Assembly (NCBI RefSeq): GCF_964194155.1
Contig: NC_135887.1
Coordinates: 16,182,001 to 16,246,000, forward strand
Origin: Cetorhinus maximus
Lineage: Eukaryota
DNA length: 64,000 nucleotides
Reading direction: 5' to 3'
Both the position numbers and the translations under genes were made by a program. The notes under the pieces are model-generated. The model was not told the DNA's origin and did no database searches. It saw only the letters and a program-made list of their open reading frames with translations. Positions within the stretch are counted from its first letter, which is position 1; each line of letters begins with the position of its first letter. Shown here one piece after another: positions 1 to 13,377 of this stretch.

Positions 1-102
1 GTTATTGTCAGCAGGTTATAGTGTGACTTGAGCAGAAATTACAGCAGCAGGAACTTGCATATTATCTTGGTTGAGGCATTTGAAACACAATGGAAAAAAT
101 AA

Positions 103-288
<186 letters not shown>

Positions 289-859
289 TAGGCTTCATTT
301 TGGTTTGCTGTCTGTTAAGGGCCTTGTACAATGAATGAACTACTGTGGGATATGTGTAGTGTTACGAAATTTGATTGGACTAATTCCTCAAGACTTCATC
401 CCAAGACCTTGCACCTCCAACTGCCCAGCCCAATCAAATAGCCTTTTCACCTATTTCTAATATTTTTATAACTAACTAATGAAAAATAAAAGAAATTGAA
501 AAATAAGCATTTTTTAATGCCCCTATGATTTTCCTCCTGGGTTGCTTGGACCTGTGTCAAGACGATTAATCTGCCATTTCGCAAGACTGCAGGCAATTCC
601 TAGAGGGTTGACAACCCTCAGTGTCTCCAACACCTCTGATATCATGTCATTTGTTTGGTCTGGAGATACCACTGGCTGACAAAACATATCTCTTGGCGCC
701 AAGAATTTTGCTTTCTAAATGCAAAAGTCCAGTATTTGTTTGAAACGTTCTGTAATGATTTTCTCACCCGAAGTGATCATTGACCAGTTCTGATGATTAT
801 TATCTCTCTAAGTTAGCAGTGGTGCTTCTCATAACTGGCCTTCACATTGGGAGCTGCTT

Positions 860-3856
860 TTTTCCTTCCATGTTGAGCAAGCCCAGCATTTATTGTCCAC
901 TGCTAATAGCCCTTGGGAAGATGGTGAGCTGCCTCCTTGAACCACTGTAGTCCATGTGGTGTAGATACATCCACAGTGCTGCTAGGGAGGAAGTTCCAAG
1001 TCAGGATGGTGTTTGGTTTGGAAGGGAACTTGCAGGTGGTGGTGTTCCCATGTGTCTGCTGCCCTTGTCCTTCTAGATGGTAGTGGTTGTGGGTTGGAAG
1101 ATGCTGTCTAAGGAGCCTTGGTGAGTTTCTGCAGTGCAGCTTGTAGATGGTGCACACTGCTGCCACTGTGCGAGGTGGTGGAAGGAGTGAATGTATTTGG
1201 ATGGGGTGCCAGTCAAATGGGTTGCTTTGTACTGGATGGTGCTGAGCTTCTTGAAAGTTGTTGGAGCTGCACTTATCCAAGCAAGTGACTTGTGCCTTGT
1301 AGATGGTGGACAGGCTTTGGGGAGTCCGGAGGCGAGTTACTTGTTGCAGGACTCCCAGCCTCCGACCTGTTCTTATAGCCACAGTATTTATATGGCTAGT
1401 CCAGTTCAGTTTCTGGTGAATGTTAACCCTCAGGTTGTTGATAATGGTGGATTCAGTGATAGTAATGTCATTGAAAGTCAGGGTGCATTGGTTAAATTCT
1501 CTCTTGTCGGAGATGGTCATTGCCTGGCTCTTGTGTGGCGCGAATGTTACTTGCCACTTGTGAGCCCAAGCCTGGATGTTGTCCAGGTCTCACTGCATTT
1601 GGACATGGACTGCTTCAGTATCTGAGGAGTCACGAATGGTGCTGAGCATGGTGCAATCATCAGTGAACATCCCCACTTCTGACCTTATGATGGAAAGAAG
1701 GTCATTGATGAAACAGCTGAAGGTGGTTGGGCCTCAGACACCACCCTGAGGAACTGCTGCATTGATGTCCTGGAACTGAGATGAGTGACCTCCAACAACC
1801 ACAACCATCTTACTTTGTGCTAGGTATGACTCCAATCAGTGGAGAGCTTTCCCCCAATTCCCATTGACTCCAGTTTTGCTTGGGCTGCTTTAATGTCGCT
1901 CTCACCTCACCTCACCTCACCTCTGGAGTTCAGCTGTTTTGTCCATGTTTGAACCAAGGCTGTGATGAGGTCAGGAACTGAGAGTTCCTGGCGGAACCCA
2001 AACTAGACATCAGTGAGCAGGTTATTGCTAAGCAAGTGCCACTTGATAGCACTGTTGATGACACCTTTCATCACTTTACTGATGATTGAGAGTAGACTAC
2101 TGATGCGGTAATTGGCTGGATTGGGTTTGTCTTGCTTTTTGTGTACAGGACGTACCTGGGCAATCTTCCACATTGCTGGGTAGATGCCAGTGTTTTAGCT
2201 GTACTGGAACATCATGGCAAGTTCTGGAGCAGAAGTCTTCAATAGTATTGCCAGAATATTGTGAGGGTGCATAGCCTTTGCAGATTCCAATACCTTCAGC
2301 CATTTCTTGATATCATGGAATAAATTGAATTGGTTGAAGACTGGCATCTGTGATACTGGGACCTCCAGAGGAGGCCAGCATAGATCATCCACTCGACATG
2401 TCTAGCTGAAGATTGTTGTAAATGCTTAAGCCTTATCTTTTGCACTGATGTGCTGAGCTCGCCCATCATTGCAGATGAGGATACTTGTGGAGCCACCTCC
2501 AATGAGTTTAATTGTCCATCACCATTCACGACTGGATGTGGTAAGACTTCAGAGCTTAGCACGGTAGTAGTCCTGTGCTATAGTTTCACCAGGTTGACAA
2601 CTCATTTTTAGGTATGCCTGGCGCTGCTCCCAGCATGCCCTCCTGTACTCTTTATTGAACCGGGGTTGATCCTCTGGATTAGTGGTAATTGTAGAGTGAA
2701 GGTTATGCTGGGCCATGAGGTTACAGGTTCTGCTGCTGCTGCTAGCCCACAGCACCTCATGGTTGCCCAGTCTTGAGTTGCTAGACCTGTTTGAAATCTA
2801 TCCCATTTAGGGTGGTGGTAGTGCCACACAACATGGAGGGTATCCTCAATGTGAAGACAGGACTTGTCTCAACAACGACTGTGCGACGGTCGCTCCAACC
2901 GATACGGTTATGGATAAATGCATCTGCAGCAAGCAGGTTGGTGAGGATGAGGTCAGTTATGCTTTTCCCTCTTGTTTGTTCCCTCACCACCTGCTGCAAA
3001 TCCAGTCTAGCAGCCCTGTCCTTTAGGACCTGGCCATAACGATGCTCCGAGTCACTCTTGGTGATGGACATTGAAGTCTCCCACCAAGAGTACGTTCTGC
3101 ACCCTTGCCACCCTCAGTGCTTTCTCCAAGTGCCGTTCAACATGGAGGAGTACTGATTCATCAGCTGCAGGGGGACGGTACATGGTAATCAGCAGGAGGT
3201 TTCCTTGCTCATGTTTGACCTGATGCTATGAGACTTCATGCCTTCTGCAGTCGATGTTGGGGAATCCCAGGGCAACACCCTCCTGACTGTATACCACGGA
3301 GCTGCCACCTCTGTTGGGTCTGCGCTGCTGGTGGAACAGGACATACCCAGGGATGGTGGTGATGGTGTCTGGGGCATTATCTGTAAGTTATGATTCTGTG
3401 AGTATTACTCATTTCTGGGGCAGCTGTCCCAATTTTGGCACAAGCCCCCAGATGTCAGTAAGGGGGACTTTGCAGAGTCGACAGGGCTAAGTTTGCAGCT
3501 GTTGTTTCCAGTGTCTAAGCCGATGCCAGGTGGTTTGTCCGGTTTCATTCCTTAGATACTTTCTAGTGACTTGACACAATTGAGTGCCTTGGTAGGCCAT
3601 TTAAGAGTTGAGCTAGACCAGGTAAGTACGGCAGATTTTCTTCCCGAAAGGGACATTAGTGAACCTAATGGGTTTTTACGTCAATCGACAATGGTTTCAT
3701 GGTCATCATTAGACTTTTAATTCCAGATTTTTATTGATTGAATTCTGCTGTGGTAGGATTCAAACCTGGGCCCCAAGAGCATTCCCCTGGATTTCTGGAT
3801 TACTAGTCCTTGGATTTCTGGATTACTAGTCCAGTGACAATACCACTGCGCCACCT
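860..3856 (-). mobile_element. Near full-length degenerate LINE (APE endonuclease + RT, CR1/L2-related group) with tRNA-like 5' head
   Basis: Broken ORFs with endonuclease motifs (DLILTN, SDH-like) and RT C-terminal motifs. Head has A-box TGGCGCAGTGG (3843-3853) and B-box GGTTTGAATCC (3756-3766). The 3' tail is shared with copies at 9960, 54500 and 60390. Confidence 0.85.
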
Positions 3857-6800
3857 TGAACCTGCCCTTCATACAAGACTCTGGTTGGGAAGCTTGGAAA
3901 TTTGATGACGCATGTTGGTGAAATGGCTCACAAATATTAAAGAAACTAAAGCAATTAATATCTTGATAAAACACGACTTGAATTATGTCATTCAGATCCC
4001 ACCCAGAAGTGGGATTTTGCTGTTTGTATGGAGAAAAAAGGTTGGAGTCCGAACAAATGTCAGCAGCTGCATTAACTGACCATTGTTTGATCTCTGCTCA
4101 GCGCAACTTCTCATCTCACATTTTAATTGCCAATTATCTAACAATCCACAAGCCTGTGTGGGACTGCTCTGTGAAGTTAACCCCTTTCTAATCTGCTTTG
4201 GACAGTGTCTTGTCCAGGTCCTACATGGTGGTCAAGAGGCAAAAGAACCCCAAACCTTGATGGGATCCCAAACTGATGTTCCTTTTCTTGCCTTGACTGA
4301 GGCAAATTGCAGCACCCATAACACCACCCTTGACTTAAGTGAACCAATCTAGCGCAGACTAACAATCTAATTGGTGCCCGTTAGTGCTGGGTTATTTTCA
4401 TGTTAATATTAAAGGGACGTTACAGCTTCGGACTGGGTCACCAGCTTCCAACCCTTGCTATTTTAATGTCACCACAAATTGTGAGTAACTATATACCTTC
4501 AACTTGGAGCAGACCACAAACTCAATTTTAATTCAATTTGTGGGAAATGATGATATGTTCATGAGATATTTTTATAATCTGAGAAATGATTAATATCTGC
4601 TGATTGAAAATCAAAGTGATAGTGTAGTCTGAAACAACATTTTAATTTGTTAAATAGATAACTGAAAGTAGAGCGATTGCTAATGTTTAGGCTAGGCAAC
4701 TCTAAACACACATTACAGGGTATAAGTATGGTTTTCCATATTGCTACAGGTGAGATGCACTTACAGGAACCAATGTCACTCTTGAGAGAGAAGATGGCTC
4801 CATTAAATGCCCCACATTTTAATGCTGGGCCTGACATTCATTACCTGGCTTATGAGCCTTACACCATCGCTGTTTTAATAAAAGTAATTGCAGAATGCTG
4901 CCCATTGAACAATTTTGCTTGGGCTACTTTGTACTTGTTTCTTGGAGCACAATAGAACAGGACTGTGATTCAAATTTCCAATTGATAAACTTGCCTTTTT
5001 TAGTTGCTGCATACAAATCTGAGGGGTTAAATCTAGCTCATTGTTAATGCACATTTTTTGACTCTGCCACGTGAAGACCTTGGTGATTAGCTTGTGAATC
5101 GGAATGACATTTTCCTATGAACTTACTTACCTGTCCTGAAGTAGTTGAATAAACCTTTAGAACTTCAGTGATATTGGGCATGATACATCATTAAACTGGA
5201 AAGAAACAAGCTTCAAAAACTTTTTTAATTTACAAAATATCTAATACTATATGAAGTTGGTTACCAAATGTTAAAACCTACCTACCTGTTTTTGGAGGTT
5301 CTGCAGTAATGGTGGCTCTGAATGTTGCTGCCGGTGCTGAAAGTTTTAGCTATATGTTCTGCGGCTACAATCTTTAAATATTGACTTGGGTTGATTCTGG
5401 TGCCCTTTGGCGATTTTGACTGTATTTCAGCAGTCACAACTGAAGAAGAGTAGACTTCGATAGACTGGGTCTAGGGCTTCAGTGTGCTGCAGAAATTGTC
5501 AAGCTGGGTCTGCTTTTCATTCCTGAAAATTTCAGTGCGGTCTAAAAATTAAAATGGAGATTTTTTTAAAAAAAAAGCTGCAGATACAAGTGTACAGTAA
5601 GCCTATCTAAAAGTGAGAAGCTAGTGTTTTGGAGAAAAAAATTTGAGTTCCAATATACTTTTTACCCTAAACCTCATCCTGCCATTGCTTTTCGGATGTT
5701 GACTCATGTGCTGTGTATTTGTAGCATTTTTAATAATTGTAATTTAATTCACACCTTTTGTCAGCTCAGTCTCAAATTTCTCATTTCCCATGTGTTGTAT
5801 TTGTCTTTTAAACATGATATTGTACAGTGACAGCTGCCACAAATTGTCCTTAAATCTGTTAAAGTTGCTAGCTTTATGTGCTTAATCTTTGCATTCGATG
5901 TCAACGTGTTGTCCTGCTTACCAGTTGTTGACTTATGGTTCTTATTCCTGCTTCAGCGTCTTGGTGACTGTTCTAACTGGTGGAATTACTGGTCAGCACA
6001 CTATAGCAAAGCCGACCCTGTTAATGTATGTTGAGGACCTTCTGGCTGCCATGCTTATCCAATAGGTTCTCTGGCCATTGGAGCTTTCTCTGCCTTGTTG
6101 GGCTTTCTACCTGTCCCCCTTTAGCTATTCTTACATCCTGTGTCTCGGCTGTTTTTAAAATCTTTTGGTTTCTCTCATTAGCCCTTCTTTTTCCACCTGT
6201 TAACATTATGTCTGTCATTCTGTTACCTCTTGCCTTCACCCAGACACTTCACAAGACATTGTTTCATTTCCAGTGTCTCTGGTGTTTTTCCCCACTTTCC
6301 CTTGTTTTGGATTTAAATGCTGTTCACTTGCAGTCTCTCGCAATATTGAGAAAAGAGTGAATTGCTTAAGCAATTGCTGCTGTTGTACACAGTGCTGCCT
6401 GACCTGCTGAGTGTTTTCAGCCTTTCCTAGTTTTCAAATTTCCAGTATCTGCGGTATTGTTTCTTTACATTGTGCTTAGCCAGTGGGCCTGTCAGCCCAA
6501 TGCAGTTGTGACTCAGTCATGTTATCCCATTGGATGAATATAATTTCTCAATATTATCCCTTTTGAAGTGTTTCAAAATTAACTAGTTGGAGGCATTGAT
6601 GCACAATGACATTGGATGATAGAATCAAAGCAAAAATAAGCCCCATATTGGTTCTGTGGTTGTCATGGGCATGATTGTACGGAACATGCTAATTGATTCC
6701 GTGCAGTCACCAGTTATGCGATTGCTGTTATACACAGAACTTTCTGTAGCTTCTGTCTAAAGGGAGCATATGTATTTATATAGCACATTCATGTGACTGT

Positions 6801-7651
6801 GGTTGTATATCAAGAAACATTAATCTCAAGTTTGTCTGCTGGGCTGAACAGTGTAACACGCGAAGTAAATGGTTTTAATCTGAAGATTGTAATCTTGAGG
6901 CTGTGTTTTGGGCATGTACCTGGCATTTTTCCTTGCATGGCCCACAATAGAGATGGAATTTGAAACCATGGGAGGTGCCTGCGTGCAGCTGAGATCACTT
7001 CAAATTGACATAGGTGTTCTGATCTTTGAAGATATTTGTCTTTTTGTTTTGACCACACAAAAAATCTGATTTTGTTGAACTTGGCTTTTCCAATGCAGTT
7101 AGGGAAAAAAAAATTCTTGGATTTATATAGTACCTAACACAACCTCAGGATGTCCCAAGTACTTTGCCGCCAATGAAGTGCTCCTGAAGTGCAGTCACTG
7201 TTGTAATGTAGGAAAGTATTTTTAAATCCAATATTTTGATCAGTAAAATTTTTTTTTCAGGCAGTTGGAGGTCATGTGCGTGTAATCTCTCGAATCTGCC
7301 ACCTTCTGTGAAATAGTCTTTGTTCAATTCACCAACTTGCTTTCAAACCAGCACTTTATGCCACTTAAGTGTCTGCATGATGCAAGTCTTCGTACAATAT
7401 GTTGATCATTTAGATACAGACTCAGAACATGTGCTGTTTATTCCTTTATGTGTTTAAAATTGGGTGTATGGGTAGATTGTCAGGTTTTGAATTATTTGTT
7501 TCAATTAGACAACTTGAATTGTTATCCCAGCTCCAGCAATGTTTCCTGAACTAGGTGCCAGGGAATACCCTTTTCTGGGTTTGAACCTGCTTTTCTTTGG
7601 GTACAGTGTATCTTTATGCTGTAGGATCTGGCCCCTGCCAACAGAAGGAAA

Positions 7652-8000
7652 AAAGAAAGACTTGCATTTAAAAAGCACCTTTCACAACAACCTCAGGACA
7701 TCTCAAAGCGCTTTGTAAACAATGAAGTACTGTTGTAATGTAGAAAACTTGACACACCATTTGTGCACAGCAACCTCTCTCAAACCACAATCTGATAACC
7801 AGAGAATGTTTTGTGAAATGTTGAGTTAAGAGGAAAAACTTACCCAGAACATGGGGGAGAACACCCCTGCTGCTCTTTCAAATAGTGCCATGGAGTCGCT
7901 CTGCATACAGAGGGAAAATAGGGTCCTCCATTTAACATTTCACCTGAAAGGTGGAACATCTGATCATACAGCGCACTCTCAGTACTCTGCTGTAGTGACA
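7652..8000 (-). mobile_element. Deu-domain SINE (SacSINE1-like), degenerate
   Basis: Reverse-complement homology to 41820-42243, including the tail 'aaagcgctttgagatgtcctgaggttg..gaaagg..aaatgcaagtctttc'. Confidence 0.7.
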
Positions 8001-9959
8001 CCTTTCTTGTGCGCCGCACATTAAGGATTTCTTGTGTCAGACCAGATATATTGCAGCGACTTTGGATCCTTAGTCATTTCCAATTCAACCTTTCAACTCA
8101 GTCAACATTCTGGTCCTTGGACTATTTCTGTTCTCATTTCGTTCCATCCCCCAACACCTGTATGTGCCTTTGCCCAATAGTGCTAACTAAAATATTTCAC
8201 AAGTGATTTCAAAGCTTCCAAAACCCAGTAGATGTAGAGTAGCTGACGGTTTTTAAAGGTGTTTCCTGAGGCTTCAAATTTGTAATTTTTTTATTTTGGC
8301 GCGTGCGTGGGCATGACTGGTATTAAATATCCTCTCCGTGTGTCTTGTTGCTAAATTATTGCCTTCATTTAAGTTGGATGCTGCGCTTTTTAAAGCTCTG
8401 AGATTAAAACTTTTAGTAGGGGTATGCAGCATGGTTAGCTCAGGGGGACCGAATGTTGAAACATACTGCGTCTGATTCTGACTGCCTTAATATGAAGGAG
8501 CCATCCAGGAGTGCAACTGGAATGTCTATACTTCCTGTCTCTTAGCTACTGGGAAATGCCCATAGACCCTAAATGCGCCAAGGAGCACAAAGCAATAATC
8601 TGCTGCAAAATCAGTTTTGTTTAAATTTGTCACTAAACCACCTGCCACCAACCCAAGTTAGAAGCTTCAATTAAAAAATTCAGATTAAAGTCACCATTCG
8701 CTATGATGTTGTGGCAATGTAGAAAGCCTTTCAGTGAAGATTTCTGGGTTTGCAGGCCACAGTTTGAACACACAGTCTTGGAGTGTACAGAGTAGAGGAA
8801 CGATGCTTATCTCCAGTATTGGAAAAATGAATTGTGAGAAATGATAAGCCGGGGCCCTTCAAAATTGTGAATAGATCCCTTGAAAGGCTTTTTAATTACA
8901 TATAAGACACTGAACAGTATCGGGAATGTAAATCCAAAAATAAATTTGTAAAACATATTGGGATCTATTCAGTGTTGTGAAAGGCAAGTTTAGGGTTTAG
9001 GGATCAACAATATATGGGATGGATTGCCAGAGAAGGAGGTTGAGGACTGGATACTGGACTCATTAAGTCACATCTAGCTGATGTATTGGGAAAACAGTAA
9101 GGTTCGTTTTTTTTTCTTTGAAGTACATGGTCCAGGAAGCTTTCTTCATCTGCCCCATCCTCTGATCTGTACAATTGCAATCGTAAATGCAGAGTGTTAC
9201 TGTAGTACAGCTTTTTTGCCGCAGGAGACCCTCAGTGAGCCATTAGTGAAGTGCTCTTTTGTTGCAGAGAGTAATGTTACAGCATTAATATTCACTAATC
9301 TCAAAAGGAGATTATTTTTGAGATTTTCATAGTTGTTCCCAAACTTAGACTGATAGAATTTCCCATCCTGAGAAGGAAAACTGCTATTAAGGCAAAGGGT
9401 TCTGTGCGTGGTAATTCAGCCAGGACTTTTTAAAATCAGTTCCTTCATATTTTCAGTATTTATAGAATATTTAGTTTTAAGGGCTGCATATTTATTTTTA
9501 GGTATACAGTTCTCTCAGGATGTTAAAAAGATGAAATAAGAGCCCATAAGCAGAATAAGCTGTATGTGGTCTCTGGAATTATAGCTGTCGTCTTCTCACT
9601 TGTTTTCCTATGTATGCTAACATAAACTGAAAAATGTTTTGTAGGTAGAAATTTTTAAGATGGATATGAATCAAATCCTGGCAGAATCTCACTTTGTTTC
9701 CAAGCCCTTCAATTTTCTTTCTGTATCAGAACTTTACTGGAGGATATGCTAAGTGGGTTAATCTGTATTGAAACTGAGTTCTGTCTGGTTGCTATCTTTG
9801 CTTCCTGATTCACTAGTGTATTTGAACTGCGATGATAAAAACCAAGGTGAAACGAAAGGTTGATTTTCTTCATAAAATCACAGGGTTGTCAACTGTGCTT
9901 ACCAGATGTGGTCATGATGTTTTGATGCCTTCTACAATGGAGACCTCAATTTTTCAAAA

Positions 9960-10625
9960 ATTATCCATCCACTGAATGTGGGTGTCGCTGGCTAGGCCAG
10001 GATTTGTTTCCCATCCCTAATTGCCCTTGAGGAGGTGGTGAGCTGCTGCCTTGAACTGCTGCAGTCCATGTGGTGTAGGTCCAACAGTGCTCTTGGGGAG
10101 GGAGTTCCAGGATTTTGACCCAGTGACAGTGAATGAACAGTGATATATTTCCAAGTCAGGATGGATGGTTTGTGGCTTGGAGGGGAACTTCCAGGTGGTG
10201 GTGTTCCCATGCATTTGCTGCCCTTGTCTTTCTAGGTGGTAGAGGTCGTGGGTTTGAAAGGTGCTGACGAGGGAGCCTTGTTGAGTTGCTGCAGTGCATC
10301 TTGTAGGTGGTACACACTGCTGCCACTATGCATCAATAGTGGAGGGAGTGAATGTTGAAGGTGGTGGATGGGGTGCCAATCAAGCAGGCTGCTTTGTCCT
10401 AGATGGCATCAAGCTTCTTGAGATTGTTGGAGCTGTACTCATCCAGGCAAGTGGTGAGTATTCCATCATACTCCTGACATGTGCCTTGTAGATGATGGAG
10501 AAACATTGGGGAGTCAGGGAGTGAGTTACTTCCTGCAGAATTCCTAGCTTCTCACCTGCTCTTGTAGCCACAGTATTCATATAACTGGTCCGGTTCACTT
10601 TCTGGTCAATGGTAACCCCCTGGGT
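9960..10625 (-). mobile_element. 3' fragment of the same LINE family
   Basis: MEYSPLAWM and KSWNSLP peptides; tail homologous to 870-1450. Confidence 0.85.
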
Positions 10626-11859
10626 GTTTAACTAATGAGATGGATGTTAGGTTTTTTATGCAAGAAATGAGAGGCAACATTTATATTGTGCCTTTAAAAT
10701 TAATGGAAATAAAGTTTGGTGGTGCTTCAGGATGAAAATATTTGACATAGATGCCAATCTAGAGAGGGAGAGATTGGTAGGGGTGACCAAGGGGTTGGTT
10801 GAAAACTTTGTTGCAAGTTGGTTTGCTCCAGGTTGTGAAATTAAGTAAAGACTTTGTCGAAAGACACAAAATATTGCCAAGCTAAGAGCTTCCGCGTTAA
10901 AACTTGCTGTCTTCCACAAGGAAATTTTCACAGGTGCACAATGAGTGGTTAAATAAATATATATTTTGATGGCTGCTTTCAATTTGTTTTCAAGATTCAA
11001 CATTTTATTTGAAATTTAGTTATATTACATTGCAATTAACTTATTATTTACAAAATAATTTGGTGGTTGCATGCAACCCCACACAACAGGAAAAAGATGC
11101 TCAAAATTTAATGTTACAAATAGAGAATCCAGTTAGACGTTTCAGGTCACACAGAAATAGTTTAGTTGTAAAATTATTAAACTATTCCTAAGAGTTTGAT
11201 TTTACAGAAAATGAATTCTGAATGTGTATCACAATTGCTTTATGTTGAAATAAAAATAAACATTCACAACATGGTGGGTAGGTAGTTTGTTTGATAACCT
11301 TTGTTAGTAAGGGTGCTTTCTGCTACTTGCTGGTGGGTTGGTTTGTGGTGGAGGTTTACTTTTTTCTTTACCCTTTCCTTGTGATGGTGATGACCTATTG
11401 GGGTACTGTGCAATTGCAGCCCCTTCTTCCATTACCGCTTTCCATTACTCGTCCATGTGGTTGTTCTTCATCTGTGAGCCTTGACCCAAATGTTTTCAAA
11501 GGCTATGCTGGTGGGGCTGGGGGAGGTGGTCAGTGGTGGCTCATATCTGAACCTATTCCTGTCCAGATCGGACATTCACAAGTGCACACTTTCCAGCAGG
11601 AGTTAGAGAGTCACTGTTGCGACTGGGGAGCCCAAGTTTACCTTTTATTTCCCTTCTTTCCAGTCCATGGGACAAATCAGACCTGACGTAATGAGGCAGG
11701 CGCACCACAGACCAGAGATCAGATTTGTTCGGTATGACTCACCGAGTCTTTAGAGGAGGCCTTTGTTCTTCGTTTCTTTGAAAAAAAAATTGCAAACTAC
11801 CTAATTCATTGACCATAAGTGATGTTGACTGTCTGTAACTGTTTCCCTTGTTTAGATGA

Positions 11860-13377
11860 CTAAACAACCAGTGATACCAGCATGGTGAGAACAATTATGT
11901 AGAGGCTTATTCCTGTGCATACATGTGCTTTTGAGTTTGGGCTTTGCACTGTTGTCACATGTTGATTCACATGACTTGTTGTTCCAGTGATTCCATTCAT
12001 CTTTGGTGCAGTGGTCAGACTGGTAGGAAAAACCTTGATGGTTTTTGTAATGCTTCTTATTGCAGCATGAGAAGTGGTTGCCTTGATGGTAATTGACTCT
12101 GAGACTGTTGAGGATGTAGTGGATGCAGTTGACTTGTGACTTTTAATGGCCGTTGGCTGCAAGGTTGACCGTGACATTGATCCACTGGTTTGGCTTTTCA
12201 CAGTTCCATTTGATTTGTTGGCCCTTGTAATGGACTTGGTTGAAACTGTGCTGTTGGAGGTGAATTCCGGTGTTATAGTGGACATTGTGGGTGATGAAGG
12301 CCCATTAGTTGTATTATTAGTAACACTAGGTGTATTGTTTGAACTTTCAGTGCTACCTGTTTGAATGGAAATGTTTTTGGTTGCTATTTGTTCACTAACT
12401 GAGCTTGGTGCAGGCGAATTCAAACTAGCATTGGTGACTAACTGTGAAAAGGATGGAGTTCCAGTTTCTTGACTAGTTAAAGATTGAGATGTATTTGCTT
12501 CACTCTCTCTGGGCCTAGTACTTATTATTGTTTTGATTTCAGTCTGCTGACCTGTAAAAGCTGAAGTATGACTTGGTAGTGTAACGGTGCTTAGGTCAGA
12601 GTTGGCAAATTGAGCTTCTTCAGTACATGGGTATCCAAGAACGGTTGCTTTCACCGTCTTTACCCACGTCAACAGATAGAATTGACTGTCCTGAGAGTTG
12701 CATTGCCACAAATTTCCATAGAGTGTAATCAACTGCAAGTTAGTGAGTTGATCAAAAGTTCCATTTGGAATAAGCCTGAAACTGTTGTTGTTCAGGTACA
12801 ATTTTGAGAGTCTGCCTTGGCGAAAAGTGTCAGGGAGTATATTCTGCAAATTGTTGTGAGATAAATCTAACACCTCCAAGTTGTGGGGTGTGTTGGTTGG
12901 GATTGCCCAGAATCTATTTCCACTGAAGTTGAGCAATTTGAGGCTACTTAGTGTGTTTTTAATTAGATAAGATCTTTTAATCAAGTTGTTAGACAAATCC
13001 AGTGTTCTCAGGTTCCACTGAGTGACAGTGTCTCCCTTCTCAAGTACTTTGATTCTATTATTGGCAGCATAGATTTCCCAAAGCGCCCGTGGAAACTCAG
13101 TTGGCATACGCGTGAGCAGATTGTTGGATATGTCGAGGAACCTCAGGTTGGTGAAATTTTTCAGCTTATCGTCGAGATCTTTAATGTCATTGTGGGAAAT
13201 GTTTAGGGATATTATATTGTCCTGGATATTCTCTGGAAGTTCAGTTAAGCCTTTGCTTGAGCAGTCTACAAACCTGTCATTTTGTGTGCATGAACACTCT
13301 GAAGGACAGGTTGCTGTGTTTGAAGGTAGGATGGACAAAAGGGCCAAGAAGCAACCGTATAATGTGAAATAGCCCAT
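11860..13377 (-). CDS. OMG: Oligodendrocyte-myelin glycoprotein, 505 aa (LRR domain, Ser/Thr stalk, GPI signal)
   Basis: Signal peptide, LRRNT CPSECSC..VDCS, tandem LRRs including 'RALWEIYAANNRIKVLEKGDTVTQWNL', long S/T-rich stalk and a hydrophobic C-terminus. Lies antisense inside NF1 intron 27b, as OMG does in mammals. Confidence 0.95.
   Translation of the reverse strand: MGYFTLYGCFLALLSILPSNTATCPSECSCTQNDRFVDCSSKGLTELPENIQDNIISLNISHNDIKDLDDKLKNFTNLRFLDISNNLLTRMPTEFPRALWEIYAANNRIKVLEKGDTVTQWNLRTLDLSNNLIKRSYLIKNTLSSLKLLNFSGNRFWAIPTNTPHNLEVLDLSHNNLQNILPDTFRQGRLSKLYLNNNSFRLIPNGTFDQLTNLQLITLYGNLWQCNSQDSQFYLLTWVKTVKATVLGYPCTEEAQFANSDLSTVTLPSHTSAFTGQQTEIKTIISTRPRESEANTSQSLTSQETGTPSFSQLVTNASLNSPAPSSVSEQIATKNISIQTGSTESSNNTPSVTNNTTNGPSSPTMSTITPEFTSNSTVSTKSITRANKSNGTVKSQTSGSMSRSTLQPTAIKSHKSTASTTSSTVSESITIKATTSHAAIRSITKTIKVFPTSLTTAPKMNGITGTTSHVNQHVTTVQSPNSKAHVCTGISLYIIVLTMLVSLVV

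Noticed and set aside
903-3377. Several ORFs of 60-205 aa as host genes
   Set aside because: They are frameshifted pieces or antisense shadows of the degenerate LINE. The same applies to short ORFs over the CR1, LTR and Penelope fragments elsewhere.
3756-3856. tRNA gene suggested by A/B boxes (also at 41820 and 55464)
   Set aside because: No cloverleaf or acceptor stem is visible. The boxes belong to retroelement heads, and this copy has a ~23-bp internal tandem duplication.
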